A DNA stretch of 64,000 nucleotides from a cyanobacterium endosymbiont of Rhopalodia gibba (GCA_045159875.1 CP067995.1:1952001-2016000); one strand, 5' to 3'; counted from the first letter of the stretch, positions 11,203 through 22,974 are shown. Notes: generated by a model from the sequence alone, not told the origin. Numbers and translations: made by a program.

Positions 11203-11230
11203 TAGGGGTTTAATTAAATTAAGCCCCCTA
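11203..11230 (-). terminator. Putative terminator after ferritin-like gene
   Basis: TAGGGGTTTAAT/ATTAAGCCCCCTA imperfect inverted repeat 30 nt past the stop codon. Confidence 0.45.
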
Positions 11231-11260
11231 CTGATTTTTCTCTCAACTAGACGTTAGAAT

Positions 11261-11695
11261 TTAGATGTAATCCCGTAACATTTTTCTTAGTTCAATATTA
11301 TGAATTTCTTCTTGTCCAATCATCCCGCGAGCGAACTCTTCGATATAGATACTCCCATTCTCTACAACTTCTAACAATTCCTTGTACAAATTTAAGGCTT
11401 TCTTTTCATGGTTAAGACTTTCTGTTAAAATTGCGCGTAAGTCATGTTCATTAGTCTCCTCCATAGGAGCAATTGATAAACTGGGATGACCTTCTAATCC
11501 AGTTAAGATCTCTCCCACTTGTTGAGCATGAAGAAGAGATTCAGTAGCCTGTTGTTGAAAAAACTGCACTATAGGAATACGATGAGGTCCTGTGACCATT
11601 AAACTATAGTGAGTGTAGCGGACGACCCCGGCTAGTTCATACTCCATGATCGAGTTTAGGAGTTTATTGGTTTTTTCGCGATCAAGTTCTCGCAT
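11261..11695 (-). CDS. Bacterioferritin/ferritin-like domain protein
   Basis: 144 aa four-helix pattern with di-iron ligands ELAGVVRY, ESLLH, HEKKAL, EEIH. Confidence 0.85.
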   Translation of the reverse strand: MRELDREKTNKLLNSIMEYELAGVVRYTHYSLMVTGPHRIPIVQFFQQQATESLLHAQQVGEILTGLEGHPSLSIAPMEETNEHDLRAILTESLNHEKKALNLYKELLEVVENGSIYIEEFARGMIGQEEIHNIELRKMLRDYI

Positions 11696-11752
11696 TTTAT
11701 TTTAGTCCCTACGACAAAGGAGAGTTCTATGCCAATAGAAACACTTTTGATA

Positions 11753-11807
11753 GTAGTCTGTCAAGGTGATATGTAGTCTGTCAAGATAAATTGAAGTAGT
11801 TGTCAGG
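11753..11807 (-). promoter_or_regulatory. Direct repeats CTTGACAGACTAC (two exact, one degenerate) upstream of ferritin-like gene
   Basis: GTAGTCTGTCAAG at 11753 and 11773 (20-bp period), GTAGTTGTCAGG at 11796; the exact copies carry TTGACA on the minus strand. Confidence 0.45.
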
Positions 11808-13410
11808 AGACGATCATTAATTTAGAAATTAGTTTTTATTTCTTGGATATTTCGTTAGACCTTAAACTACATTAATTCTAATCACTTGTTTAAAAAATAT
11901 TTTTTAGTCACTGTTTATATAGAAATTTTGTACTGATCTCTATTTATTAAAAGTTTAGTCAGTCTCTTGAACACAAATAAACTGTTTACTTCTTCTGATA
12001 AAGATGACAAAATTCCCTAGTATTAGAAGCTTAAATAAAGTTTAAAGATAGTAAAAACATTAGTTATATAAAGTATCTTCTAACGTAAATCTGACATCAC
12101 TTTTAAAACATTTGTAGTCAGCAATGATAACTCCTGCAATTCTAAACTATTTGTGTATTAGACATAATTTAATACTTTTTATTATTGCTGTCTCTAATCT
12201 ATATTTAGTAATTTTACCTCCTAATTTATATGATTTATATTATCTTTTACAATTGTTTTTTGTTTATGTTAAATTCTAAAAAATAATTAGGTGATAAAAA
12301 AATATATAATATGTATCCTACTTCTTCAAGCTTTTGTATTGCGTTTGTGTAGCGCAATTAATAACAAATTAAGCCTCTAGAGTTAATTATTAATGCTTTT
12401 GAATAAAAAATATTTAATCTTATTGTAAACCCATGAAATTACTAATCAATTTATCTGCCATCAAAATTGTTTTTAAGACCATTTACAAATTTTCTATATC
12501 CTTTTTATATTGATTCATAGTAAATTTATTATATTTTTTAATATGCTTTTTGGGACCAACTATTAGTTACAAATTGCCAAAAATCATAATCTAATTTATA
12601 TAGATATTTTAACCAGACTCTATTATAGTATTAGCAGAGCATTTGATTAAGTCCATTAATCTGAGTTTGTAACATCAAAAAAATGTTGTATGGACTGTCG
12701 ATAAAGCCTATTTTAAAGAAATAAACAATTTCTGTGCTTTTGTTCTCCTAGAAACTTTTTAAGTTTGACTTAACTTAAATTAAAAGCCTCCCTGCTCCGA
12801 CTTGAGAAATTTTCTTGAACAAGAAAATGATATTAGTTGATCAGAGTTATTCTGGCTAAACCTCTTAACACATTTTTGGCTCTGTTTGTGGCGATTTAAA
12901 AAGAAATAATATATCATTAACATAATGCTGCTTATTCATATCTAACTACCTATTAATTCATCATTTTTAATTGAACCGGATACTGGTAATATTACTATTG
13001 TCAATAATCTTAATCAAAAAGTAAATCGTACTAGATTATTTTTGGTACTGAGTTTAACAGAAAATTGCTTCGAGCACAAAAAATAATAATTGTACTTTTA
13101 TATAAAAACTAAAAATAAAAAAAATATAGTTCCAACGATTTTTCCAATAAATTTATAAAAATTATGGGCTTATCTATGAAAATTTAACTATCATGATTTA
13201 ATTTTTGTTTAAAAAAGTAACCTAGATTAGTTCCGACGATTAAGATAGTAGAAATATTTAAAATGCCCTGTTTCATTTATAATAAATTGAGACAATTATA
13301 ATTAACCTGAATATCTAATGAAACCGAACTTCATTAAGATCCGGTAATTTTTTACAAAAATTAGTGTTTATATCATTAAATTGTAGTTTAAGTATTTGGT
13401 TATTAACCTT

Positions 13411-14697
13411 ATGACAATTTATCCTCAAAAAATCATTGATCTAGCCCTAAAATATGATGTGTCAGAAGCAGAAGTTTACCAGTTAAGTTCCTTATCTCAT
13501 CCAGTTTTTTTTGAAGCTAACCGTCTTAAACAATTACAAAGTAAACAATCCCAAGGAACTGCACTACGTTTATGGAAAGAAGGACGTCCAGGATTGGCAG
13601 TGGCTTACGGTTCTATTGATTCTCAAGAATTAGTAGAGAAAGCAATTGCTCTGTCTCAATTAAATCCCTCCACAATTATGGAATTGAGTCAACCACGCAT
13701 CGCTATTTATCCTAATATTGGCTCTTCCATCTCTGTTGAAACCCTAATTTCAACGGGAAAAAACGCGATTAATCAACTTCGGGATACTTATCCCGATGCT
13801 ATTTGTAACGGTGAATTTAGTTGTGAACAACATACAACTTTATTAATAAATTCTCAAGGACTCCATTGTCAATATCAAGAAACATCTATTAACTATTATT
13901 TAGGATTGGAATGGGTAAGGGGAGAAAATTTTCTAAGCATTTATGACGGTGAATTAACCCAAAATCAACTGAATCCAGATAAAGTAATTAAATGGATTCT
14001 ACAAAGGTTACAATGGGCTAACAAAAATGTAAGTCCCCCCACAGGAAAAATTCCGATTATGTTTACTCCTGATGCAGCTACTATATTGTGGGAAACAGTT
14101 GCTGATGCAATCAATGGAAAGCGAGTAATAGAAAACTCTTCTCCTTGGAATAAAAAATTAGGTGAAGTGGTTATGTCCCCCAAAATCACCTTATTTCAAG
14201 ATCCACAGCGTGCTCCATATACCTTCCCCTTTGATGATGAAGGAACTCCTACTCAACTCTTATCCTTAATTACCCAAGGACAGTTAGAACAATTTTACAG
14301 CGACCATACTATTGCCAGAGAGTTGGGTAAAAATAGTACAGGAAACGGATTTCGACCCGGGTTAGAACATTATCCAACTCCTAGTTTAGGGAATATGATT
14401 ATTGAGTCAGGAACTCAGTCTTTTGAGGAATTAATTAGTCAGTTAGATAATGCTTTAATTGTGGATCAAATGTTGGGAGGTGGGGCAGATATCTCGGGAG
14501 AATTTTCCATTAATGTTGACCTAGGATATCGGGTTGAAAAAGGAGAAATTACGGGTAGAGTTAAGGATACTATGGTAGCTGGGAATATTTATACTGCCCT
14601 AAAACAGGTGATTGGATTAGGTAATGATTCTCGATGGAATGGTTCTTATTATACTCCATCATTATTAGTAGAAGGGTTGTCAGTTATCGGTGAATAA
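13411..14697 (+). CDS. TldD/PmbA family protein (PmbA/TldE-like)
   Basis: FEANRLKQL, GTALRLW, PFDDEGTPT, STGNGFR, GEFSINVDLGY, GRVKDTMVAGN; no HExxxH metal motif seen. Confidence 0.88.
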   Translation: MTIYPQKIIDLALKYDVSEAEVYQLSSLSHPVFFEANRLKQLQSKQSQGTALRLWKEGRPGLAVAYGSIDSQELVEKAIALSQLNPSTIMELSQPRIAIYPNIGSSISVETLISTGKNAINQLRDTYPDAICNGEFSCEQHTTLLINSQGLHCQYQETSINYYLGLEWVRGENFLSIYDGELTQNQLNPDKVIKWILQRLQWANKNVSPPTGKIPIMFTPDAATILWETVADAINGKRVIENSSPWNKKLGEVVMSPKITLFQDPQRAPYTFPFDDEGTPTQLLSLITQGQLEQFYSDHTIARELGKNSTGNGFRPGLEHYPTPSLGNMIIESGTQSFEELISQLDNALIVDQMLGGGADISGEFSINVDLGYRVEKGEITGRVKDTMVAGNIYTALKQVIGLGNDSRWNGSYYTPSLLVEGLSVIGE

Positions 14698-14862
14698 ATT
14701 TATATTTATCATTCTGCTAAACCTATGATATTAAATTATTAATGCTATTAAAAACATTACTTTTGAATGAGTTTAGCCTCTAAAAATTTACTTTTTATTA
14801 GGCTATTTAGCAAGTAATAATTTTTTATAGCTTAGCTTATTTTCACCATTACAGAATTTAGC

Positions 14863-14906
14863 AGAGCCATATTTGTTAGATATTTAAAGTTAACAAATAT
14901 GGCTCT
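14863..14906. repeat. 16-bp perfect inverted repeat with 12-nt loop (likely terminator/3' stem of pmbA)
   Basis: AGAGCCATATTTGTTA-N12-TAACAAATATGGCTCT; begins with GTAG when read on the minus strand. Confidence 0.8.
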
Positions 14907-16311
14907 ACGTGAATAATTTGAAGGAGAGTCCCTTCTTACAAGTCAAATAAGACCGTAATTAGCTAAGGTAATTTATCTAAATTTATGATTTTGGAGTAAT
15001 ATAGAGATTGTCAATCATATTGTAGTCAGGTTGTTTAATTTATATGAATAAAAATATGACTTATTGTTAAATTTTAACCATTGTTTTTAACTTATACTAG
15101 TTTCTAGTATGCTCTAATAGTTAGCTAAATAGCTTTTTAATATAAATAAGAAACTGTATACAGATATGTTCTAATGAATGATTTAAACTTTAATAAATAT
15201 GATTAAAAACGTTAATATATTAACGACTCTTTCAATATATAAACTTCTATATCTATAATCTTTAGCCTAAATCTTTGCGTATTATTTCTATTTCTTATTT
15301 ACCCACTTTATTTCTTTTGGCTATATTCTTAATGTTAATATTTAAGACCTCTTCAATTATTTTTAATATTTCAGAAGATGTTTTTTTCTTACTTAAAAAG
15401 CTTAATTTTTCTGTACATATGTTTCATATTGATAACATATTATTTAGCTACACTCTTTGTTGAGATAAATGGTTTTTAACCAAGAAAAATATATTATAGT
15501 TAATTCATTTTTTTAATCTAATTTTCTAGTAGTCGAACTACAATAAGTATTAAGTGGCTGTCGAGTCTATTTTTAGAATAGATTGAATTGCTAAGATCTG
15601 ATAACGGATAATAGTGAGTTTTTTAAAATTCAGAATCTTATTCATTAGACTAAATTGAGTATTTTATATCATAGGTATAAATTAAGTCATGGTATTGAGT
15701 TGAGCATAATTTAATTCAGAGACAAAACCTGCGATAATACCGTCTATGTAATAATTATAACTTTTTATAAACCTATGATTAATAATTTAACTTTTTCTTT
15801 CTATTTTTAATTTTTACATAACAGGTTTGATATAACCATGAAAACCTCATACTCAATCATCATTACAAAGTAAAACTTCTAGTCCTTGGCTTGTGTTGGC
15901 TCCTTAAAAAAATTTTTAAAGTTTAAATCTATCATTTTGATTACTCGGTAGAAGGCTACAAATATAAGTGAGAAATCTGTTTAAATTATTAATAGATATC
16001 ATGCACATACCTACATTTTTGATGCTCAAATATCAAAGATAATATTCTGTATTTGCAACTATATTATTAATCTACTAAATCTTTCTGTCGGCTTCTAATT
16101 CTTGCAAAGTTGCTATCTAAATATTGTCGTAAAAATTTTAATTATTTAAACTAAAAATTATTGGTTTTTGATATTTATTGAATCTATCTAAATATTTCTG
16201 AACACTTTTTTATTTTGACGATTTTCTAAAAAATATCCTTTCAATTGAATATTGATTATCGTACCAAAATTAACTTTTTTATTTAGTACAGTTTTAGTCC
16301 TCAGATATTCA

Positions 16312-16363
16312 TGTTAATCAGCTAAAACCCAAAATATATATTTTGGGTTTTAGCTGATTAACA
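16312..16363. repeat. 52-bp perfect loop-less palindrome
   Basis: TGTTAATCAGCTAAAACCCAAAATAT|ATATTTTGGGTTTTAGCTGATTAACA. Confidence 0.95.
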
Positions 16364-16530
16364 CAAACCAAATAAATTGGTTTAAATATTATAAATATTA
16401 ACTGATAGCTAACACGATATTAACTTTCTAATTATCCCCTGATAGGTATCTTATCTATTTTTTACTCGATTATCTCGATTATTTTTTTAAAAAATTTTGA
16501 AAGCTAGTAAAAGTACACTGTTTTCAGTAT

Positions 16531-17616
16531 TTACCTTAAATCAGGAAAAACATCTAAAATAGCTGGATGTACTACACGACTTCCTTTAATATTTAAGCCT
16601 TTCCCTAAAGCAACATCTTTGTCTAACACATCTAAACTTTGATCAGCTAATTTCATCACATATGGCAAGGTACTATGGTTGAGGGCTTGGGTAGCTGTCC
16701 AAGGAACTGCCCCAGGCATATTAGGGACCCCAAAATGAATGACTCCTTCTTCAAGGTAGGTCGGGTCAGTATAGGATGTAGTTCGTGAAGTTTCAATACA
16801 ACCCCCCTGATCTACCGCTACATCAATAATGACTGAACCTGGGTTCATTTTGCCTACTAATCCTCGTGAAACTAAAATGGGAGCGCGTTTTCCTAAAAGT
16901 AACACCGCTCCGATTAATAAATCCGCTTGGGGAACAATCAACTCAATGTTATATGTATTGCTGTGAAGTAATTCAACTCTCGATCCGAAAAGAGTTTCTA
17001 AGTAAAATAATCGGTCAACATTAATATCAAGAATTTGTACTTGTGCACCCATTCCTACAGCAACTTTAGCTGCTTCAGTTCCGACGACACCACCGCCTAG
17101 AATAGTAACACGACCTGAACGCACTCCAGGAATTCCCCCTAACAGAATTCCTCGTCCTCCTTGTTGTTTCCCTAGGTATCTTGCGCCAAATTGTACCGCT
17201 AACCTCCCAGCAATGACACTCATAGGGGTTAATAGGGGAAGTTTTCCGTCAGGCAATTCTACGGTTTCATAAGCGATAGCGGTAATTCCTGAGTTTATCA
17301 ATGCTTCAGTTAGATGACGATCAGCCGCTAGGTGAAGATAAGTAAATAATAACTGGGGTTTATCTAAATAGGGATATTCTTCGAGGAGAGGTTCTTTAAC
17401 CTTGACTACTAATTCTCTGTCCCAAGCATTGATTGCGGTAGGAACAATATTTGCTCCTGCTTTTTGATAGTCCATATCGGAGAATCCTGCACCCATCCCT
17501 GCATTAGTTTCAACAAAGACAAGATGACCACGATCATGCAATACCTTAACACTGCTGGGACTCAACCCGACACGAAATTCTTGGTCTTTAATTTCCTTAG
17601 GAACGCCTATCTCCAT
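16531..17616 (-). CDS. ald: Alanine dehydrogenase
   Basis: IGVPKEIKDQEFRV, VKVKEP, FTYLHLAA, LLTPMSVIAGR, GGGVVG, DVAVDQGGC, VPNMPGAVP. Confidence 0.97.
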   Translation of the reverse strand: MEIGVPKEIKDQEFRVGLSPSSVKVLHDRGHLVFVETNAGMGAGFSDMDYQKAGANIVPTAINAWDRELVVKVKEPLLEEYPYLDKPQLLFTYLHLAADRHLTEALINSGITAIAYETVELPDGKLPLLTPMSVIAGRLAVQFGARYLGKQQGGRGILLGGIPGVRSGRVTILGGGVVGTEAAKVAVGMGAQVQILDINVDRLFYLETLFGSRVELLHSNTYNIELIVPQADLLIGAVLLLGKRAPILVSRGLVGKMNPGSVIIDVAVDQGGCIETSRTTSYTDPTYLEEGVIHFGVPNMPGAVPWTATQALNHSTLPYVMKLADQSLDVLDKDVALGKGLNIKGSRVVHPAILDVFPDLR

Positions 17617-18171
17617 TTGCACCCTCATTCTAATAAATGTTCTTTATCATAATGTAACGAGAATTAAAGCTGATGGGGTTATTCATTGAAGTAATCACTA
17701 CTAATGCCAAGTAATTAAAAGGGAACAAATAGATTAATTTTGTTACTAACAATCTTCAGAACACTTAAAAAACTGACAGTTGGCCAACAGTTTCTTATAG
17801 ATGAACGGATATCTCCATTTGCTAAGTCCTCTGGTGTCATTATAGCGTACTCGATAACCTTGAAAAAAGCTATCGAATACACAGAGAAATTGAAAAGTAT
17901 AAGCTCCTTTTAAAATACTTTAAATATTTGGTTATATCGTCATAGAATTTAACTTATTTTAAAGGTTATTCTAGTATATATATTTTGATTCTATGTCAAA
18001 AGTCTATTGATAATTTTCTAAATATTTTTTATATATTTTTATGTTTCTTGAACATGTGATTTAGTTAATTTTTAACAAATTATTGGATTAATAAAAAAAT
18101 ATTTGTTATAAAATTTATAAAATTTGTGTTACAATGGCGACCGTTATTTTTTTATTCAAGTTGTTCTTTCT

Positions 18172-18639
18172 ATGAAACTCAATTTACAAAAAATAGCGAC
18201 TTTATTAGCAATATTTACCATAACTCTTCCCCGTCAGATACTAGCTCAAGATCTACCAGCTGAAACCTATCAGCCTGGCTATTGGCAACCTGTGGATAGA
18301 TTTGATGTTAAACGTTCGGTGGAAGTTTTATTAATTAACAAAACCGAAATACCCTTGGAATATGATATAACTGAGCTAAAATCAACTAATCCTCAAGCTC
18401 TCAAGGCTGGAGAAAGGGGAACCTTAAAAAATTTTGGTAACTCTGCTTATATTGTTGTTTATCCAACTATTTCTGTAGATCCTAACAATCCATTAACCCT
18501 TAAATTTAATGTGAAAGTGGAAGAAGATAATAAAATTATCGTCATTATTGAAAATGACATAATCAGCAAAGAAACCCCAAATTTTTTAGGACATCGAGCC
18601 ATTAACTTACAAGAAAATGGGGGGATTTATTTATACTAA
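18172..18639 (+). CDS. Hypothetical exported protein
   Basis: ORF with signal-peptide-like N-terminus (MKLNLQKIATLLAIFTITLPRQILA) and a PGYWQPV segment of the kind seen in cyanobacterial hypotheticals. Confidence 0.7.
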   Translation: MKLNLQKIATLLAIFTITLPRQILAQDLPAETYQPGYWQPVDRFDVKRSVEVLLINKTEIPLEYDITELKSTNPQALKAGERGTLKNFGNSAYIVVYPTISVDPNNPLTLKFNVKVEEDNKIIVIIENDIISKETPNFLGHRAINLQENGGIYLY

Positions 18640-20622
18640 ACCTTATTGATTCTGGATATTTTGGACTCAAAATACTAAAGTAACAGCCAAAAAATTCTGA
18701 ACTTCTTATTCAAAACGGTATTCTGTAACTTCATAAACTTGGTTTTGTGAATATCAAGTTTCTGGAATCTCTAGAAATATTACAAAGTAAAACTTTCGGC
18801 TCTTTTTACTATAATGTTGTCACAGCCAATCCTAAAAGAAGTCAATCATCTAGGTTTACAAGTCTCATAAAAATCAGGAGAAATAACACTTGGTAAAATT
18901 AAACTAGATGGAAGAGCACAATTTAAATTTTTACTATTTATAGATACTCAGCTTGCTATGATAATTGATATCATCATAGATTATTATTAATATTTATTCT
19001 CGTTTATATTTAGGAAAATTAGATATAAGAATTAGTTCCCATGGATAACCTATTCTTCACATATCTACAATGGTTATAGTTCTTTGTTAAAGATCTAAAC
19101 TGGCAATCACTCCAAATAGTTCTTGATTTAAATAAGTATTATATCAGTAAATTAAAAAATAAGTATGACGCCAGTTATTTACCACCTAATAAGATAAAAT
19201 AACAGATAAATTACAACCATAATTCAAATAATTGTTTTATATTTAAAACGTTTCTTATTTATGGATCAAGATGTATATTACAAAGAGTTCTTATAGCATA
19301 ATTACGGAGTTTTTGAGTGGCAATTTCTTTGGAATTTTGATTGATTGCAAGATCAGGATAATGAACAATTTTAATAAAAATATTTTTCTCATTATTCACA
19401 GATCCATTCTCATAGTATTTTTGAAATCAAGACTTAGTTTTACTGCAACCGTAAAATTACGGACCATAGGCACTTTTATTAAGAAATATGATAATTTTCT
19501 AAAATTTTTTTTTGTTACACTACTTTGATAGAGATTGAGGTTTATTTTTACTCCAATAGATAATCATAAATCTTTCCTATTTTTGGATTAATTTTAAGAT
19601 AGACAAAAAAGGTTCTTTTGGGTTTAAGCTAAAATCTCAATTTCGGTTAGATTTTTAATTTTTTATTGATTTTTCCAAAGCTACCTCAGGATAGTCATAC
19701 CACACACAATTAGGATATAAAAATTGGTTGGCTTAGGTTTCTTGTTGATATATTTTAGTTTAAGTCAAATAATAGGATAGGTTCCTGTTACGCTTTTATA
19801 GTTGACGTGAATTGCTGAAATATCACCATCTTTATCCAACTAGTATCCGACTATTTTTACTCTTCATTCTAGTCTTACTGCTCCATTACAATAGAACGTT
19901 TCCTTGAGTCTACGAGGGAAGATTTTTTCTGACGGAATAGGCAATGATTGTCAAAGGTATTCTTGGACTGATTGAATGATTGTAGGTTAGTTGAGTAACT
20001 GCTTTTGACTAAGCTAGGATAAATTTAATGATTCAAGCTATCATGTTTTTATGGTTAAGATTGCAATTTAAATTATTAAAAAAAAGGTTTTTTGATTGCC
20101 ATTGATTTTTATATAATGGCAACTTGGTTTAAATTCTAAAAAATTGTTAACAATGTTAATGAGATAAAAGTCATAACTTGCATAAGAATAATAGCTAAAT
20201 TGATAGCAACGATAGCATAAGCCTGAATTTTACCTCCAGGATAGTTAAAAACAGATTACCTCATTATACAAGTTTAATTTTACCTATAAAAATTATTTTT
20301 AACTAAGTAATTTACCTGTATACTTTTTTAAGATTTAAAGTAAAGAATTTAGTCCTATTAGAAAAATAAAATCATAATTTATTACCAATAAATAATTAAT
20401 CTTACTGATCTATTTTTTTAAAAAAAGGCTGTTTCTACCTCAATTTTTTAAAAATTGATTTTAATCTCTAAATTTATTTCAAATTAGAAATAAGTAGTTA
20501 AGCGGGGGTCAATTGAACAATACCAACATAACTAAGGTTTATCGTCTTTATTTAAAGTATTAGTATTGATGATAATTATATCGTCAAGATTATTTGGCTT
20601 ATGATATTAAAGTATTAAACTA

Positions 20623-20668
20623 TTATGCAGAACATAGAAAAATGTACATTTTTCTATGTTCTGCATAA
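20623..20668. repeat. 46-bp perfect loop-less palindrome
   Basis: TTATGCAGAACATAGAAAAATGT|ACATTTTTCTATGTTCTGCATAA. Confidence 0.95.
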
Positions 20669-20968
20669 CACTGCCAAAGTAAGCTTAAGCCTGTTAAGGT
20701 TTCTTGCTCAGCTTAGCTTTTAAATACTACCTCATTACAGCTATAACTAGCTATTTTATGTAAATCCTATCAACGTAAATACCATCGAGAGTTTCTTCAA
20801 TACTCTATAAGTAAGATAGTTAATTCTACAACTACATTTATCCACAATCACACTAGTTTACTAAACTGTATCACTATTTTATAACTAAAGATAAACCTAG
20901 AGTTTTATAGTTCAGAGTTTGACAAACTTAAAAACAAGTACTTAACAAATACTAAACTATACTCTCAG

Positions 20969-21997
20969 TTATGATTTATCTTGCCAGACATCTAAAATAT
21001 CTGTTACTAATATTTCCTTAAGCCAAACTTTACTCACTACTGCTAGAGGCAAAGCAAGAAAAAATCCTAAAATACCAAAAATAATTGGAAAAAATAGTTG
21101 GGATAATAGAATGAATGCTGGAAGCAAAGATGCTTTTTTACGTATAACGAAGGAATCTAAAAAATGAATTTGTATTTGGTGTATTGAAACATACAAAATA
21201 ATAACAATAATTGATTTCCAGGGACTTTCTAGAAGAGCGATGGCTACAGGAGGAACAACACTTAAAACAAAACCTATGTTAGGAATAAAAGCAAGAATTC
21301 CTGCCAACATAGCTTGAGATAGTGCCAAGGGAATTTCTAATATTAATAATCCCAGAAAACTTAATAAGGCAATTACTAAAATATCAAATAAAACACAAAT
21401 AAACCATCCTTGTAATGCCTCATCACATTGACACAAAATATCATCGATTTTCTTTCTATAAAATGATGGAAATAACCGAATAAATCCCTGGCGGTAAGGT
21501 TGAGGATTAGTTAATAACATCAGGGTTAGTGCTAATAACAAAAGTAAACTTAGGGGAATGGCAAGAGTATTGTAAAATACAGATAAGCCTTGTCCAGCAA
21601 TTTGGTTAACTAAAGGTTGCAATTGTTGAGTTAGTTCTTGTATATTAGGAAAATCAGGAATCCATTCTGGATCAAGTTGAGAAATGAATTTTCTGAGGCT
21701 TACAATCAACTGTTCAATGCCTTGGGAAACCAATTGAATTAACTCTGGAAATTGGTTAGTAAAAGGAGGAACAATGACCCAAAAAAAAACAGCTATAGTA
21801 GCTAGTAATATCCCCGTGGAAAGTAAAACTCCATAGCTTCGTCTGATGCCTTTATCTTGGAACCATTTAACTAAATGGTTCAATCCATTAGCAATCACAA
21901 CAGCTGCAAAAAACAACGATAACAGTTGGCGGATTTGCCATAAAATCTGAAGAGCAACAGCTATAACTATAAATCCAAGCCATTGAGAAAAATTCAT
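20969..21997 (-). CDS. AI-2E family transporter (PerM/YhhT-like)
   Basis: Multi-TM 342 aa protein; LAGILAFIPNIG, LLPAFILLSQLFF, FLALPLAVV motifs. Confidence 0.88.
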   Translation of the reverse strand: MNFSQWLGFIVIAVALQILWQIRQLLSLFFAAVVIANGLNHLVKWFQDKGIRRSYGVLLSTGILLATIAVFFWVIVPPFTNQFPELIQLVSQGIEQLIVSLRKFISQLDPEWIPDFPNIQELTQQLQPLVNQIAGQGLSVFYNTLAIPLSLLLLLALTLMLLTNPQPYRQGFIRLFPSFYRKKIDDILCQCDEALQGWFICVLFDILVIALLSFLGLLILEIPLALSQAMLAGILAFIPNIGFVLSVVPPVAIALLESPWKSIIVIILYVSIHQIQIHFLDSFVIRKKASLLPAFILLSQLFFPIIFGILGFFLALPLAVVSKVWLKEILVTDILDVWQDKS

Positions 21998-22212
21998 CTG
22001 ATTGAATCCTTATCAATATAAAGATCGATTGAAAGTTGATTTCTCAGTTTCCATACTAGAGCACAAATCATCAACAGAGGAGGAATGGCCATTTCCATAA
22101 TTGTATGAAATGAAGTGGGGACAATAGCCACGCGTTCTTCTCTATACTTAATCACGATCGAAAGTCCTAAAACTTTTACTATAAAGCCAATTTGATGATC
22201 AATGATGTCCAT
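21994..22212 (-). CDS. Small hypothetical membrane protein
   Basis: 72 aa ORF overlapping the AI-2E start (ATGA); hydrophobic; may be diverging. Confidence 0.5.
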   Translation of the reverse strand: MDIIDHQIGFIVKVLGLSIVIKYREERVAIVPTSFHTIMEMAIPPLLMICALVWKLRNQLSIDLYIDKDSIR

Positions 22213-22974
22213 GTTTCTGTCTACATTAGTTGAATTTAACTAAAAGCCCATCTCTATTATTTTTTGCCTTAATAGGTTCTTTTCTCAAATACAAGAATCC
22301 TAAGGGTTTATCCTGAAATATATAAGTCTAAGTTTAATGACTAATCATCAATATAGTCAAGATTTAAATGAGCAGCATCGTTAAAATCTTCGATATCTAA
22401 AAGTAAGGATAAAAATAGAAAATTTGGTTATTTTGGGAGAAAATTTCACTAAGTATAAAGATTGTTAATAGCCTTAAACAGACAATAGGTATAAGTTGAT
22501 ACAATTCTTCATAAGCAAAAAAGATTAAAGCAATAGTCATAAACACCTAAAATAAACTAAGTATTTTTAGCCACGTCTACAAAAGTAAGGCAGATAGAAT
22601 GGGAGAATAAAATTGATCTCAATAACGAGTAATTAACTAAACTTCCACTGGAGGTATTAGATTACTTAGGAGTAGGATTAAAATTCGATACTTGTATTTA
22701 TTGGCTGAATTTAACCAATGTTCATGATGAGGGGGTGGATATCAGTTGACCATTAATGAGTCTAAAGCTTAAGAATTTTTATAATCACTAGTAAAAGTCT
22801 CCGGTTTTAGTGGACTATGTCTCGTTTTTTATGGAACATAATATAAAGATTTACGAAAGTAACTCTTCAAAAAATTGAAGATTAGAGGTTCAGAAATTCA
22901 ATCTAAACCCTACAATGAGATATTAAATATTATGATCAAGTTAGTTCTAAGTTATTTAGAATTGTTGTTTAAAA

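Noticed and set aside
15275..15463. 62-aa ORF
   Set aside because: Low-complexity AT-rich F/I/L/K composition with a TTG start; likely spurious
16312..16363. Protelomerase/hairpin telomere site or MITE
   Set aside because: The palindromes share no sequence, no target duplications are evident, and no protelomerase or intact transposase lies in the window
17609..17825. 13-bp match TATCTCCATTTGC at the ald start and about 200 bp upstream
   Set aside because: Single short direct match with no supporting structure; cannot be distinguished from chance or an old duplication
18700..20500. Possible gene remnant(s), including ORF 19271-19528
   Set aside because: Patches look formerly coding but no family could be recognised in any frame; needs BLASTX
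22300..22970. Integrated element at the tRNA-Ala(CGC) 3' end
   Set aside because: No integrase and no duplicated tRNA 3' end found; only unidentifiable decayed sequence
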